This document shows positions 50,801 through 62,725 of a stretch of 64,000 bases of DNA, piece by piece (positions within the stretch are counted from its first letter, which is position 1; each line of letters opens with the position of its first letter). The notes below the pieces were generated by a model, which had not been told where the DNA came from, ran no database searches, and was given only the letters and a program-made list of their open reading frames with translations. A program made the translations under genes and the position numbers. Source of the stretch: Pocillopora damicornis (taxonomy: Eukaryota); assembly GCF_003704095.1 (NCBI RefSeq), contig NW_020844981.1:62001-126000 (forward strand), written 5' to 3'.

Positions 50801-51175
50801 GATTTGGATCAGTATTTCACAGAAAGCTTTCGCAGCCTTGGCATTCTACTTCAACAGAATTGCGAAGATCGTTCATTAGATGACACCGAATCAATGCTAC
50901 CTCACTATGACCAAGACAATCGCGGGCTCATGCGTGATTTTGATCCGAAAGATTTTAAAACGAATCTTCAGTCGTGTTACGAGATAATCATCGCTCCCGT
51001 GGCCAGTTTACTGAAGGAGCCCGAGATTTTAATTGTCCCTGAATCCTGTATGTACCAAGTCCCATTTGCAGCCATCAGTGATGATGGAGGAACATATTTA
51101 GTGGATACCTTCAGGATCCGTGTCGTTCCCTCTCTGACGACTCTAAAGCTGATTCGGGACAGTTCCCCCGACTAC
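47876..51175 (+). CDS. TPR-array + CHAT domain protein A (TTC28-like architecture), 3' end lost in an assembly gap
   Basis: No intron in the visible CDS; likely start MDKIEG at 47876 after a splice acceptor; about 20 TPR units of 40 aa; then ALYVEELRRARGLADFM linker and CYEIIIAPVASLL...ILIVPE...YQVPFAAI...YLVDTFRIRVVPSL, the typical N-terminal part of a CHAT domain. ORF-track residues after the gap are not trustworthy. Confidence 0.9.
48050..49970 (+). repeat. Coding minisatellite: about 16 near-identical 120-bp TPR units, followed by about 4 diverged units
   Basis: GGAAA(C/T)CTAGGAACAGTGTTCCAATCGCTTGGTAATTAT...GAAATTGGTGACAGA recurs at exact 120-nt spacing. Confidence 0.95.
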
Positions 51176-51275
51176 NNNNNNNNNNNNNNNNNNNNNNNNN
51201 NNNNNNNNNNNNNNNNNNNNNNNNNNNNNNNNNNNNNNNNNNNNNNNNNNNNNNNNNNNNNNNNNNNNNNNNNNN
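51176..51275. other. Assembly gap (100 N, true size unknown); further gaps at 45610-45619, 59926-60025 and 61345-61444
   Basis: N runs. Confidence 0.99.
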
Positions 51276-54200
51276 TTAAAAGGCTTCTTCATCTTAACCA
51301 CTTCTATGTTTAGTCAACTCTTAGGGTATGATCCTATCACATTTGGAATGAAAGTCTACCCTGAGCGAGTCTAAGATTTTGAAAAGGCTTTATAGATATA
51401 ACCACATATCAAAATAATCATATTTCACGACTTATTTCGGATTTGATGTTACAGTTTAAGATTTAGCGATGTTGGAATATAAGCTACATCCACAAGTTTT
51501 TCGTCCCGGAACACAAAATAGATAAAAACATATTTTGTATTATTATTCTACATTAAAATCACAGGACGAACGTGCATATAATAAAAGGCAGACGGTGCGA
51601 AACAGTAATAAGACTCTCTCTTATCATAACTACGTAAGTACTTCCAATCATCCAAGTAGTTAATTCTTAAAACGCAAGATTCTCGTCCAAATATGAAAAA
51701 TAAAACTTTGATTCAACACTTAAAGGTCAGGACCCCTTCCTGTTCACGCTGAGATGGCCCCATTAAAGTTTTTCTGTCATTCACTTCAATGTCGAACTAA
51801 CTTTTTTAGTTCTGTTTCTTCCAAATTGCTTTATTTTACTGCAAAGGAAGTCCACATGCTTCTAACTTTATTCATCTTGTTTTTTTTTCCAAGTAAGAGA
51901 ACCCAACCTCACCGACCTTTAAGGTTAGTATTACGTTTCCTCGCCATTTTTTTCATATTCATTGTTGTCAATTATTGTCAATTAATTTCTCCATTTAAAG
52001 CAAAATGAAATAAATAATATCAATCAATATAAGACTAAACTGTTGGCAATTGTAAGAAAAAGAATTGATTACGAATAAACTGAACAATAAAAAGACTCGG
52101 CAAAAGAAAAGATAAAAGACTATTTCGAATTTCAAAACGCCTTACTTACTAAAGGAAGAAACTTGCGCGGCAACACGCATTTAGCGTGCAACACAAAATC
52201 ATTGTTCATCAAGACCACCGGCCATCATTGAAATTATCCTTTCTTTTAACATGTAATTATTTAGAGGATCGCATCAATATGACGAGAGATTCAAAGCTTA
52301 TATGTAGTGTAGTTTTCCGAAATGTTGATTTCTTGCAATTTGTGTTGGATGAATCCTCCTCCCCAGGCCTTCGAACGATTGGCTCCTGCTCATGGACGTC
52401 CTCTCTTATCGTAGAGAATTATCCGGCCATTAAAATAGGATGGTCAGCTATGTAAATTAACGCACAGTTCATTTACAAAGCTGATCATTCAGCTCCCCTG
52501 ATCTCATGCCTTGCATTTGAAATTAGCGTCCCAGCTGCTAATTAGTGTGTATTTTCAGGCGATGATCTTACAGGGTGAGCTCTACAATATTTATTTACAT
52601 GTTATACCCCATGTAATGGATGAATATTCAAAGAAACAGTGATTGTTGGCTTTTACTTGAGTTATTGTCAAGTTTATAACAAACGTTTATTTTCATACTT
52701 AACTCTAGTGCACTTGAGCTGCGCAGAGCACGACACTGGGTTAAAAACCTGAATTACCGATTTATTTTAATGATTCACTCCCTGTTTGAGCGTGATGTAC
52801 AAGTACACTTGATTCTAATGGAAACGATATCTACCTAATGGCCGTCAAGCGTCAAATGCCATAAAATGTAACCGTCAAGTGTCAAGATCGGAACGTTTTA
52901 ACCGTCAACCGTCAAAGGTATCCTCCTTTTGAGACCTTTGAGGAAGAAAGGGCCACTGGTTGGCCTGAGAACGAAAATGACTGTGAAGATGGCAGTTCCG
53001 ATGACTTTGTGCCAGAAGCCAATGATCGCATTTCATTGGCTGTCTGATGCGAGTGACGAAGGACGTATGCAGGGAAAAACTCACAGGACTAAAAGAGGAA
53101 ACTAAATTTATTTTTAAAGAAAGACACTGAAGACTTCTGATCATGGTAAGTGCTGTCTGTCTTAAAACAACTGATACCATGCTATGTATGCACTACTGTT
53201 GCCTTTACATAAGTAAGACTTTGGAGTTTAAAGCGTCCGATCATGTCGTTGTGACTTGGCAGAAGGAAATTCTGATATCTGCGATAGAAAATGAAAAGTC
53301 AAGAGTTCGCAACGAACAGTTACAAACTGTGCGTACGGTTTGATGTTTTGAAATCCATTCTACCGGGCTCGATCGATAAATAGCTTTAAACCAGCTCTAG
53401 TAATTTGGGTAATTATTTTAGTGAGTTACCCTTTTATGGAATATAAAAAGCTGGCCTCTTCATAGTCAATCGCTGTATAACTTTGGACTATTGACCAACT
53501 TGAGTAGAATTCGATCTGTAAAGATGAAAAATGGAATACGAATGTCTATTACAGGAGCGTTACTAATTCCTTTTTTTTCCCTACCATTGAAAGAAAGACG
53601 AGATGCGGGTCGCCCGAATATTATGTGTTCGATCTTAAGTACATTCATTTCAGTTTTCTACGTCTTTCTTTCATTACTGATGATGGATTTGAACATGAAA
53701 AGATAAAACAATTCACTTTATTTTACAGGAAACGACAAGCCTCATTGTTCATTCCTTTTGAGCAGTTGAATTTTCATCAAGCGATCAACCACAGCACAAT
53801 TGAAGCTTTTTCCTGTAAAAGGTAAGCTATCTGTGTGCGATGAGTGAATGTTTTCATTTTCTAGTAGTGGGCTTTTACGGGCGTTGTCTAAACCGACGAC
53901 ATTTCTACCTAAGTGTTACCATTAAAGTATTTATTTAGATGAGAATGAAACATCGAGACAAACAGGTGTCACTACTGAGGTTTCAGGTAGACAATCTTTA
54001 AGTAACAATTAACAATTGATATGTCTCTCACGGATTTGGAATTTGAGATTACTGCACTAAGCGATCGTTCGAATGATGATAAAAATTCTTCACAGCTAAG
54101 GCTAATTTTTATACTCGAAAATTTAGCGAACAAATTTGAAGAAATGCTTGCAGCCTTTTCCGCTCTCAAAATTCTCGAATTCCTTCAAAGAAAGTTTAAG

Positions 54201-56838
54201 GTTTATTCATTGATGTTAGGATGATTTGATTATTCAGAAACTGGAAAAGTTTCACTTTCCAAGGCTAAACCAAAAATGTGCATGACGTTGTTTGTTGAGA
54301 GCACGAATTTGAAGTAAAAGAAGCAATAAACCTCGTTTTACAGATGCAGATTACGTTTTAGTTTTTCTTACTATTGTGGTCTGTTATCTATGTACCTTTA
54401 AACCAGTCACAAAACTTATTTTTTAACGGAAGGGAGGGGAGGGGGCTGCACCTGTGTTTCATTGGAATATACTAGGATGTGTTGGGGGGGGAGGGGAGTT
54501 GTAAAGGTACTCAAGGCCCACGTGGATGCCCCCCAGCCAATTTATCGCCAATTTGTGACATAATATAGGAAAATGAAAGGGCCCGTGTAAGGTATCTGAC
54601 GAGAACAATGAAAATAGGAACTGATGAAATCTAAATGGATCAAATTCAAGAAAGATCTGAAATTGATATTTGATGTTCGGGTCGTTAAACTAATGGTGAC
54701 AAAAACTAGATTAGATCTCAATTAAGTACTGAGAGGATGACGACGGATGAAATACTCTGTTTAAAATCACGTAACGTCACCAAACCCAACATCCAAACTC
54801 ACATGGATTACACCTATATTTTCACTCAATGAAATTACTGAACGATCATTTGATGAGGTTTTTATAATATTCAGAAGAATCAAGTTTGAGGTAGGAGTTA
54901 TCAGCCGAAGCCGAAGGCTAATGCTGATAACCCTTGAAGAGACCTTGATTATTCTGGATATCACAACAACCGAATCTAATTATTGTTTTATTATACATTG
55001 AACGAAAAGAAAAAATTGTCGCTTCGTGGTGGCCTTGAGTGTCCATGACATGATTATTGTATAATCTGCGGCTAAAAGACGTCCTAGGAGCTGATTTCGA
55101 AAATTCACGCGATCACTGAGCGCTTTCGGTCAATGAGAAAAGAGATAGTGAGTTGAATGTATAATAATATTCATTAAATGACAATCGAATTCTTTGTCCA
55201 CTAAACAGTCGAATAATTCAGTGCCAGTGGGCAAGTGAGTAGCGCTCCCTTTCCAAGTCCAAACAGGACGGATGAAGTTTGCCGTAATTCATTGGCCAGG
55301 GAAAAAGTCGCGGCTCCAACATTGAGAATTTTAGTTCGAAATTATGGCGAATAACTCTTTCGTACTGAACCAGTGACTGTGTTTAAATATTTCATCGAGC
55401 TGTTTATTTTTCTGTATTTTACAATATCTCAAATTCTTGGCTTCAAGCAATCAATATATTTTCTTTTTAGTTTCATAGATTGCGTGACAAAGAGAACCAC
55501 TGATACTGTAGCTGTTTCCCTAGGCCGACTAATTATAGCTTTGGAAATGTTTCCGAAATGCAAATGATCGCAAATTCAAACCGGAAATCTTTCCTGACTG
55601 CAAATGACGCCTTTACATATATAGACATGTGATTACATAAAAACCGAAATTCTGTGTGCCTCTTTTAGTGAAGTTCCAAAATCAGCCAATCCACTACAAA
55701 CTTTATTCTAAGACAATGATAACAAACAAATGACCAGAGAAATCACAGAAAGAAAAAACCAATAGTAAGAAATTATTTTAAGTCGAACAGGGGTTGATTT
55801 TTAGTGTTAAGTACGAATGAATGTCACATTGGCTTTAAAGGTCGCACCGTGATGGTTTGGCACTTTCTTAGAGATTATTTTCATTTCAAATTTGAAAGCG
55901 AGTCATGCTTTGTTGATCTGGAGTGAATTACACAGTAACAAAAGTTGGATTAGCATGTTTCAGCGAGCGCGAATTTTACGTGTCCATGATTAAAAACTGA
56001 AACGATAAGTATGGACAGCTTCTGGTATCAGAATGAAAATTGGTGACAGATGGGAAGAAGTAGTGGAGTAGAGAAACCTAGGAACAGTATTCACACAGCT
56101 TGGTTACTATACTGGCATCAGCAATAGGAGATTCTGAAGAAATCTTGCATTTGTCAGCTGATTAACTAAAGCAGTGTGCATTGGGAGTTGACTGTAGTGA
56201 CATATCTCAAGCACTTCAAAATTCTTCATAGAATGTCTTGTTTGAAATAAGTGTCTTACACAAATCCTATTGCTTACGTAGATTGAAAGCCTCGCACCAG
56301 AAATCTCATTCGTGACGTCTTGTAAGATTCCTGTTCCTTTTCCACGGTGTCTGGAGGGTCTCACTTGGAAACAGTTGGAATACTTTTAATCCACGGATAC
56401 TTTAGGTACTTTCCTTTTAATATCCATAACATGATTTTTCTTTGCAACTGGTTGTGATGAATGAAACAGTTAATTGGAAAATATAGGAAAACATGTTTGT
56501 TATGAATTATCCGGAATTTTACTTTCCAAAATTAATAAGAAACTAGGTAAGTTAAGTAATAAGAGCACTTTTCAATTGAGTGTTAATTGTGTGTGAAATC
56601 AAAACCAAAGTAATCTTAACAGCCAATCAGAATAAAGAGAATTACCCTTTAAAAGCCAATGAGAACTCAAAGAGTATTCACTTAAAAGCATTTCCTTCAG
56701 AGCCTCTCATCATTTACGTATAAGAAGAACTACCGACGAGCTAAGCCGTTAGCAGCGTTTTGCGCGCTGCAATTTTTTTCCCTTCTTATGTATAATGTTT
56801 CCTTCACTTCTTTCAAACTTACAGCAAAGAAGCCAACA

Positions 56839-59800
56839 ATGGACAACATAGAAGGGGTTTTAAACGCAGTGCAAGTGGTCTTGGTAGGTACGACGATCGC
56901 CAATTTCCTTCTAAACACTGGTCGTCTTTCACCAGCCATAGAGTTGTGTAAGGAATGTTTGAGTTTACTAAACAGTCAGCCGCTTGATAAGGATGGACCA
57001 ATTACCCACTCAATTCTCGTCCAACAGGGAAGGTTAAATTTATTACTAGCAACTACACTTTACACTCAATCGAAGTTTGTGGAGGCCAGAAAATTTTATG
57101 AGAGAGCAATAAAAATCATGAAAACGAATGACGACGAACGAGGAAAAGCAATTTGTTACGGAGGCTTAGCAAAATTACTTTATTCCTTTGGAGAATATGA
57201 CAAATGTAAAAAATATCTGGAGAAGGCCTGCGCGATTAGAAAGCAAATTGGTGACAGAGTCGGAGAAGCAGTGTATTACAGAGAACTAGGAGGACTGTCC
57301 ATATTGCGTGGTAACTATGACAAGGCACAAGAATATATCAAGAAAGCACTTGCCATCAGAACACAAATTGGTGACAGAAAGGGAGAAGGAATGGAGCAAG
57401 GATTCCTGGGAACAGTGTTCCAAATGCTCGGTAATTATGACCAGGCGCGAAAATATCTCGAAAAAGCACTTGCCATTAGACTGGAAATTGGCGACAGAGA
57501 AGGAGAAGCAGCCGATTACGAAAACCTTGGAACAGTGTTCCGATCGCTTGGTAACTATGACAAGGCACAAGAATATTACAAGAAAGCACTTGCTATCACA
57601 CTGGAAACTGGTGACATAAAGGGAGAAGCGAAGATTTACGGAAACCTAGGAACAGTGCTCCGGTTGCTTGGTGATTATGACCAGGCGCAAGAATATTACA
57701 AGAAAGCACTTGCTATCAGACAGGAAATTGGTGACAGAGTAGGACAAGCAGCGGATTACAACAACCTAGGAGCAGTGTTCCAATTTCATGGTAATTATGA
57801 TCAGGCACAAGAATATTACAAGAAAGCACTTGCCATAAGTCTGGAAACTGGTCTCCGACAAGGAGAAGCAGCGGTATACGGAAACCTAGGAACAGTGTTC
57901 CAATCGCTTGGTAATTATGACAAGGCGCAAGAATATTACAAGAAAGCACTGGCCATCAGAATGGAAATTGGTGACAGAAAGGGAGAAGCAGCGAATTACG
58001 GGTGCCTAGGAACAGTATTTCAATCGCTTGGTAATTATGCCCAGGCGCAAGAATATCACGAGAAAGCAATGGCCATCAGAATGGAAATTGGTGACAGAGC
58101 AGGAGAAGCAGTGGATTACGGAAACCTAGGAACAGTGTTTCAATCGCTTGGTAAATATAACATGGCACAAGAATATTACAAGAAAGCACTGGCCATCACA
58201 ATGGAAATTAGTGACAGAAGAGGAGAAGCAGCAGATTATGGATGCCTTGGATCAGTGTTCCAATCGCTTGGTAACTATAAGCAGGCACAGGAATATTACG
58301 AGAAAGCACTGGCCATCAGAATGGAAATTGGTGACAGAGCAGGAGAAGCAGTGGATTATGGAAATCTAGGAACAGTGTTTCGATCGCTTGGTAATTATGG
58401 CCAGGCGCAAGAATATTACGAGAAAGCACTAGCTATCACACTGGAAATTGGTGACAGAGAAGGAGAAGCAGCGGATTACGGAAACCTAGGAACAGTGTTC
58501 CAATCACTTGGTTATTATAACCAGGCGCAAGAATATCACGAGAAAGCACTGGCCATCAGAAGGGAAATTGGTGACAGAAAAGGAGAAGCAACGGATTACG
58601 AAAACTTAGGGGGACTGTTTGCAATACTCGGTGAACATGACAAGGCTCAAGAATATCTCGAGAAAGCTCTACGTATTAGAAAGGAACTCTGCAACAGAAA
58701 TGGAGAAGCAAGTTGTTATGCAAACCTTGGAGCTTTGTTTCTGTCACTCGGAAAATACCCTAAGGCAGATAAATATCTAGAGCACTCATTGGCAATAATG
58801 AAGGAAATTGGCGATAAAAATGGAGAAGCAGATGTTTATGGTCATTTTGGGATAATTTCTCATCATCTTCATGATTATGAAAAAGCTCAAGAATATCACA
58901 AGAAAGCCCTTGCAATCTATGAGGAAATTGGCGACAGAAATGGAGAAGCAGTCGAGTACACAAATTTAGGGAAATGTTTCCAATCGCTTGGCAGATATAA
59001 TGTGGCCGAAAAATACATCAACAGGGCCCTATTAATAAGCAAGAATATTGAACACAACTTGAACGAATATGGGTGCCTTCGTCACCTTACGGTGTTGAAA
59101 CTATCACAATTTAATCTCAAGGAAGCCATGTCGTATCTTTTTCAGTGTATTGGGAAATTCGACACGTTGCGAGGTTTCCTTAAAGATAACGATCAGTTTA
59201 AGACTTCTCTTTTAGAGAAGTACGGCAATTTTCCTTATAAGTTGCTCAGCAACTTGCTTTCTTCTACCGGGAAGCCAAGAGATGCTCTTTATGTTGAAGA
59301 GCTGAGACGGGCAAGAGGCCTCGCCGACTTCATGGCAGCCAAGTACTCTGTAGAAGAGCTGATCTCAGGCAATCCACAGTCATGGCATGGCATTCACAAT
59401 ATCATCACAAAAGAAACAGACTGTACATGTCTTTACATTTCAATTGGAAAAGAACATGCACGGTACTGGATTCTCAAAGCATCAGGAGCCATTCATTTCT
59501 CACGAAAGAAAGTGAGTCTGGAGCAACGCGTGGTGACCAAATTAGTTCCTAATTTGGATGAGTTTTTCACAGAAAGCTTTCGCAGCCTTGGCATTTTACC
59601 CCAACGGAATTGTGAAGATCGATCATTAGATGACACCGAATCGATGCCACCTCACTATGCCGATGACAATCACGGGCTCCTGCGTGATTATGATCCAAAA
59701 GATTTCAAAACGAATCTTCGGTCGTGTTACGAGATAATCATCGCTCCCGTGGCCAGTTTACTGAAGGAGCCCGAGATTTTAATTGTCCCTGAATCCTGTA

Positions 59801-60099
59801 TGTACCAAGTCCCATTTGCAGCCATCAGTGATGAAGGAGGAACATATTTAGTAGATACTTTCAGGATCCGCGTCGTTCCCTCTCTGACGACTCTAAAGCT
59901 GATTCGGGACAGTTCCCCCGACTACNNNNNNNNNNNNNNNNNNNNNNNNNNNNNNNNNNNNNNNNNNNNNNNNNNNNNNNNNNNNNNNNNNNNNNNNNNN
60001 NNNNNNNNNNNNNNNNNNNNNNNNNTCATGCTTATTGGCGATAACGTGACATTTGATTTTGAAAACTGGCCAGTGTCTAAAACATCCAAACAGCCATGA
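56839..60099 (+). CDS. TPR-array + CHAT domain protein B (TTC28-like architecture), catalytic core lost in an assembly gap
   Basis: Paralogue of gene A; start MDNIEG at 56839; about 18 TPR units; CHAT N-terminal part before the gap; after the gap MLIGDNVTFDF...stop matches the usual CHAT C-terminal strand (WA.F.LIG). Confidence 0.9.
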   Translation: MDNIEGVLNAVQVVLVGTTIANFLLNTGRLSPAIELCKECLSLLNSQPLDKDGPITHSILVQQGRLNLLLATTLYTQSKFVEARKFYERAIKIMKTNDDERGKAICYGGLAKLLYSFGEYDKCKKYLEKACAIRKQIGDRVGEAVYYRELGGLSILRGNYDKAQEYIKKALAIRTQIGDRKGEGMEQGFLGTVFQMLGNYDQARKYLEKALAIRLEIGDREGEAADYENLGTVFRSLGNYDKAQEYYKKALAITLETGDIKGEAKIYGNLGTVLRLLGDYDQAQEYYKKALAIRQEIGDRVGQAADYNNLGAVFQFHGNYDQAQEYYKKALAISLETGLRQGEAAVYGNLGTVFQSLGNYDKAQEYYKKALAIRMEIGDRKGEAANYGCLGTVFQSLGNYAQAQEYHEKAMAIRMEIGDRAGEAVDYGNLGTVFQSLGKYNMAQEYYKKALAITMEISDRRGEAADYGCLGSVFQSLGNYKQAQEYYEKALAIRMEIGDRAGEAVDYGNLGTVFRSLGNYGQAQEYYEKALAITLEIGDREGEAADYGNLGTVFQSLGYYNQAQEYHEKALAIRREIGDRKGEATDYENLGGLFAILGEHDKAQEYLEKALRIRKELCNRNGEASCYANLGALFLSLGKYPKADKYLEHSLAIMKEIGDKNGEADVYGHFGIISHHLHDYEKAQEYHKKALAIYEEIGDRNGEAVEYTNLGKCFQSLGRYNVAEKYINRALLISKNIEHNLNEYGCLRHLTVLKLSQFNLKEAMSYLFQCIGKFDTLRGFLKDNDQFKTSLLEKYGNFPYKLLSNLLSSTGKPRDALYVEELRRARGLADFMAAKYSVEELISGNPQSWHGIHNIITKETDCTCLYISIGKEHARYWILKASGAIHFSRKKVSLEQRVVTKLVPNLDEFFTESFRSLGILPQRNCEDRSLDDTESMPPHYADDNHGLLRDYDPKDFKTNLRSCYEIIIAPVASLLKEPEILIVPESCMYQVPFAAISDEGGTYLVDTFRIRVVPSLTTLKLIRDSSPDYXXXXXXXXXXXXXXXXXXXXXXXXXXXXXXXXXXMLIGDNVTFDFENWPVSKTSKQP
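57230..58730 (+). repeat. Coding minisatellite: about 12 similar 120-bp TPR units
   Basis: Same 120-nt periodicity as in gene A. Confidence 0.93.
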
Positions 60100-62725
60100 G
60101 AGAAGCGAATCCTTTGAAATGGACCAAGTAAAATTTGCAACCATCAATTGCCTTCCTGTGGAAAGAGGACGCCGTCTATGAAGGACAAGATTGATTAACG
60201 AAAAACTCTTCTGTGAACGCTTTGTGTAACAATCTGGAACAAGACAGTTCATAATTCAGTGTTTATTAGCCGGCAGTTAAGCTGTGAACAAAGTTCATAT
60301 GTCAAAACAAACAAAATCTGAGTACGTATTTTCCAAAAGCGATAACCAAACAAATATAAAGCAGTTTTTTTTCGCAAATAATTAGTTATTTAAGCGAAGC
60401 AAATTTTTTCCAATTTTTTTTTCCACTTTCTTGTATTTTCTTATAAAAGGATATGGTAATTAAATGTTTCGACAGCTCTTTTTGCAAAGAAATAAGTTTT
60501 AAAATCGCAATAAGGTCGATATAGCGCTCTCCTTGTCTCTTGTATCTATACGGAATATAATGCTTAAAATTTTTCCTTGAAATTGATTGCCTGAGTTATC
60601 AGTTTTTCACGGGCTAAAATTTTCAAATATTAAATGAACATTCGTTTCGACACAAAACATTCTCAAGACTATTCTAGTTTTAGGAGCAGTTTACAGTCTG
60701 TAATATTCTATTGCAGATATATGTGTATAGGTCTGTTTTGTAAACTTCTATGTTGAGTGACTTCCATTGGTGACCCTCTAGTTTAGTTTGTAAAGGTTAT
60801 TATTTTTGGTAAAATCGCTTTCAAGAATCTATGTTTAAGAGACAGGCCAGCCATTAATAAAGAGACATCTGTAACTTTAGCTATAAAAATTTTTTTTTCA
60901 GGACTCAATAAGTTTATTAGGGGCAGTTGTCATTGTGCGATGTTCAAGTTTACTAACGTTTAATTAAAAGAAATTATTTTACTTAAGGTCTTCTCATATC
61001 CTGCTGAAGATTTGTAGGACAGACTTATTTTCCTTTATTGACTCATTTAGGACTTAGATTCTTTTAGCCAGTCCCTCTCCGTTAGTTTGAACGTGACACA
61101 TGATGGCTGGTAGACTGGGACTGACGGAACTCCGCGTTCAATTTTGAAAAAAGTGTAACATTTTCTTCTAAATTTGTCTTTACTTTTAATTCACATTTTT
61201 TTCCATTTTATTACATAAATACTATCTCAATTATAAACTGACACGTTTTCAATTCCGTCTAGTGTAACTTGTAAATGGACTTTCCTTATTGTTAAAAGGC
61301 TTCTTCATCTTAACCACTTCTATGTTTAGTCAACTCTTAGGGTANNNNNNNNNNNNNNNNNNNNNNNNNNNNNNNNNNNNNNNNNNNNNNNNNNNNNNNN
61401 NNNNNNNNNNNNNNNNNNNNNNNNNNNNNNNNNNNNNNNNNNNNTTAAAAGGCTTCTTCATCTTAACCACTTCTATGTTTAGTCAACTCTTAGGGTATCA
61501 TCTTATCACATTGGAATGAAAGTCTACCCTGAGCGAGTCTAAAATTTTAAAAAGGCTTTAAAGATTTAACCACATGTCAAAATAACCATATTTCACGACT
61601 TATTTCGGAGTTGATGATAAAATACATTTTGTATTATTATTCTACGTTAAAATCACAGGACGAACGTGCATATAATAAAAGGCAGACGTGCCAAACAGTA
61701 ATAACACTTTCTCTTATCATAACTACGTAAGTACTTCCAATCATCCAAGTATTTAATTCTTATAAACGCAAGATTCTTATCCAAATGTGAAAAATTAAAA
61801 TTGACGCGACACTCAAGGGTCAGGGCACCTTCCTGTTCACTGTGAGATGGCCCCACACAGACATGATCCCATTAACTTTTTTGTCATTTACTTCAATTTC
61901 GAAGTAATTCTTCTTAATTCTTTTTTTGTTTCAACTAAATTGTTTTATTTTACTGCAAAGCAAGTCTATTTGCTTCTAACTTTATTCATCATCTTTTTCC
62001 ATAGTTTTTTTTCCAAGCGAGAGAACCCAACTTCACCAGCCTTTAAAGTTACTAAAAGGTTTCCTCGCCATTTTTCCATATTCATTGTTGACAATTATTG
62101 TCTATTAATTTCTCCATTTAAAGCAAAATGAAATAAATAATAACATAAAAAGTCGTTTAACTAATTCAACAAACTCAAAATATAAGACTAAACTGTTGGC
62201 AATTGTATGTAAGAAAATTGATTACGAATAAACATATCAATAGAAAAACTCGGTGAAAGCTAAGATAAAAGACTATATTCGAATTTTCAAAACGCCTTAC
62301 TTACTAAATGAAGAAACATGTAAAGGAGGTTTTACTTCCATGAGAAAAACTGGTCATTTTCATTTCGACTGCTTCGCGCTAACCCTCCTAGGTAACTCGG
62401 GCAACTCTTGAGCAACTCGGAAATTGCGTGCAATATAATAGCGCTGATCACTTAACTCCGTTTGACCAGCATTCATACATCTTGAACTTTTAAGATTTTT
62501 CCTTCGACTTCCGTATTTCTGTCTGTCAAAATGAGTTGAAATGCTGAATGTTAGTGTCCAGTTTTCTCAGTTTTCTTCATGCTGGTTGATTTTCTCGTTA
62601 CCAACACTACAAGGGAGGAAGGGAGGAATATTGCAATAACTGCAAGAGGGGCTACAGGACAGGATAAAATGATATGTGGCTTTTTCTAAACTGGCGCTGA
62701 TGCTTGGTCAGAATTGCGATATATT

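Larger units (their letters stand above)
43220..62315 (+). repeat. Tandem segmental duplication: unit A about 43220-52160, unit B about 52161-62315
   Basis: Colinear homology from ACTTGCGCGG(T/C)AACACGCATTTAGCG (43221 / 52161) to AAAACGCCTTACTTACTAAA(G/T)GAAGAA (ending 52160 / 62315); many substitutions and small indels in the non-coding parts; the A-B junction lies in gap-free sequence. Confidence 0.93.

Noticed and set aside
51276-51313. ORF-track C-terminus KRLLHLNHFYV of gene A
   Set aside because: Read-through of an N gap into sequence that is 3' flank in unit B (61292 onward).
61292-61497. 53-bp direct repeat around the gap as a biological repeat or TSD
   Set aside because: Typical contig-end overlap across a scaffold gap.
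43220-62315. Units A and B as two haplotypes falsely assembled in tandem
   Set aside because: The A-to-B junction at about 52160 lies in continuous gap-free sequence and the divergence is high. The true copy number remains uncertain because of the gaps.
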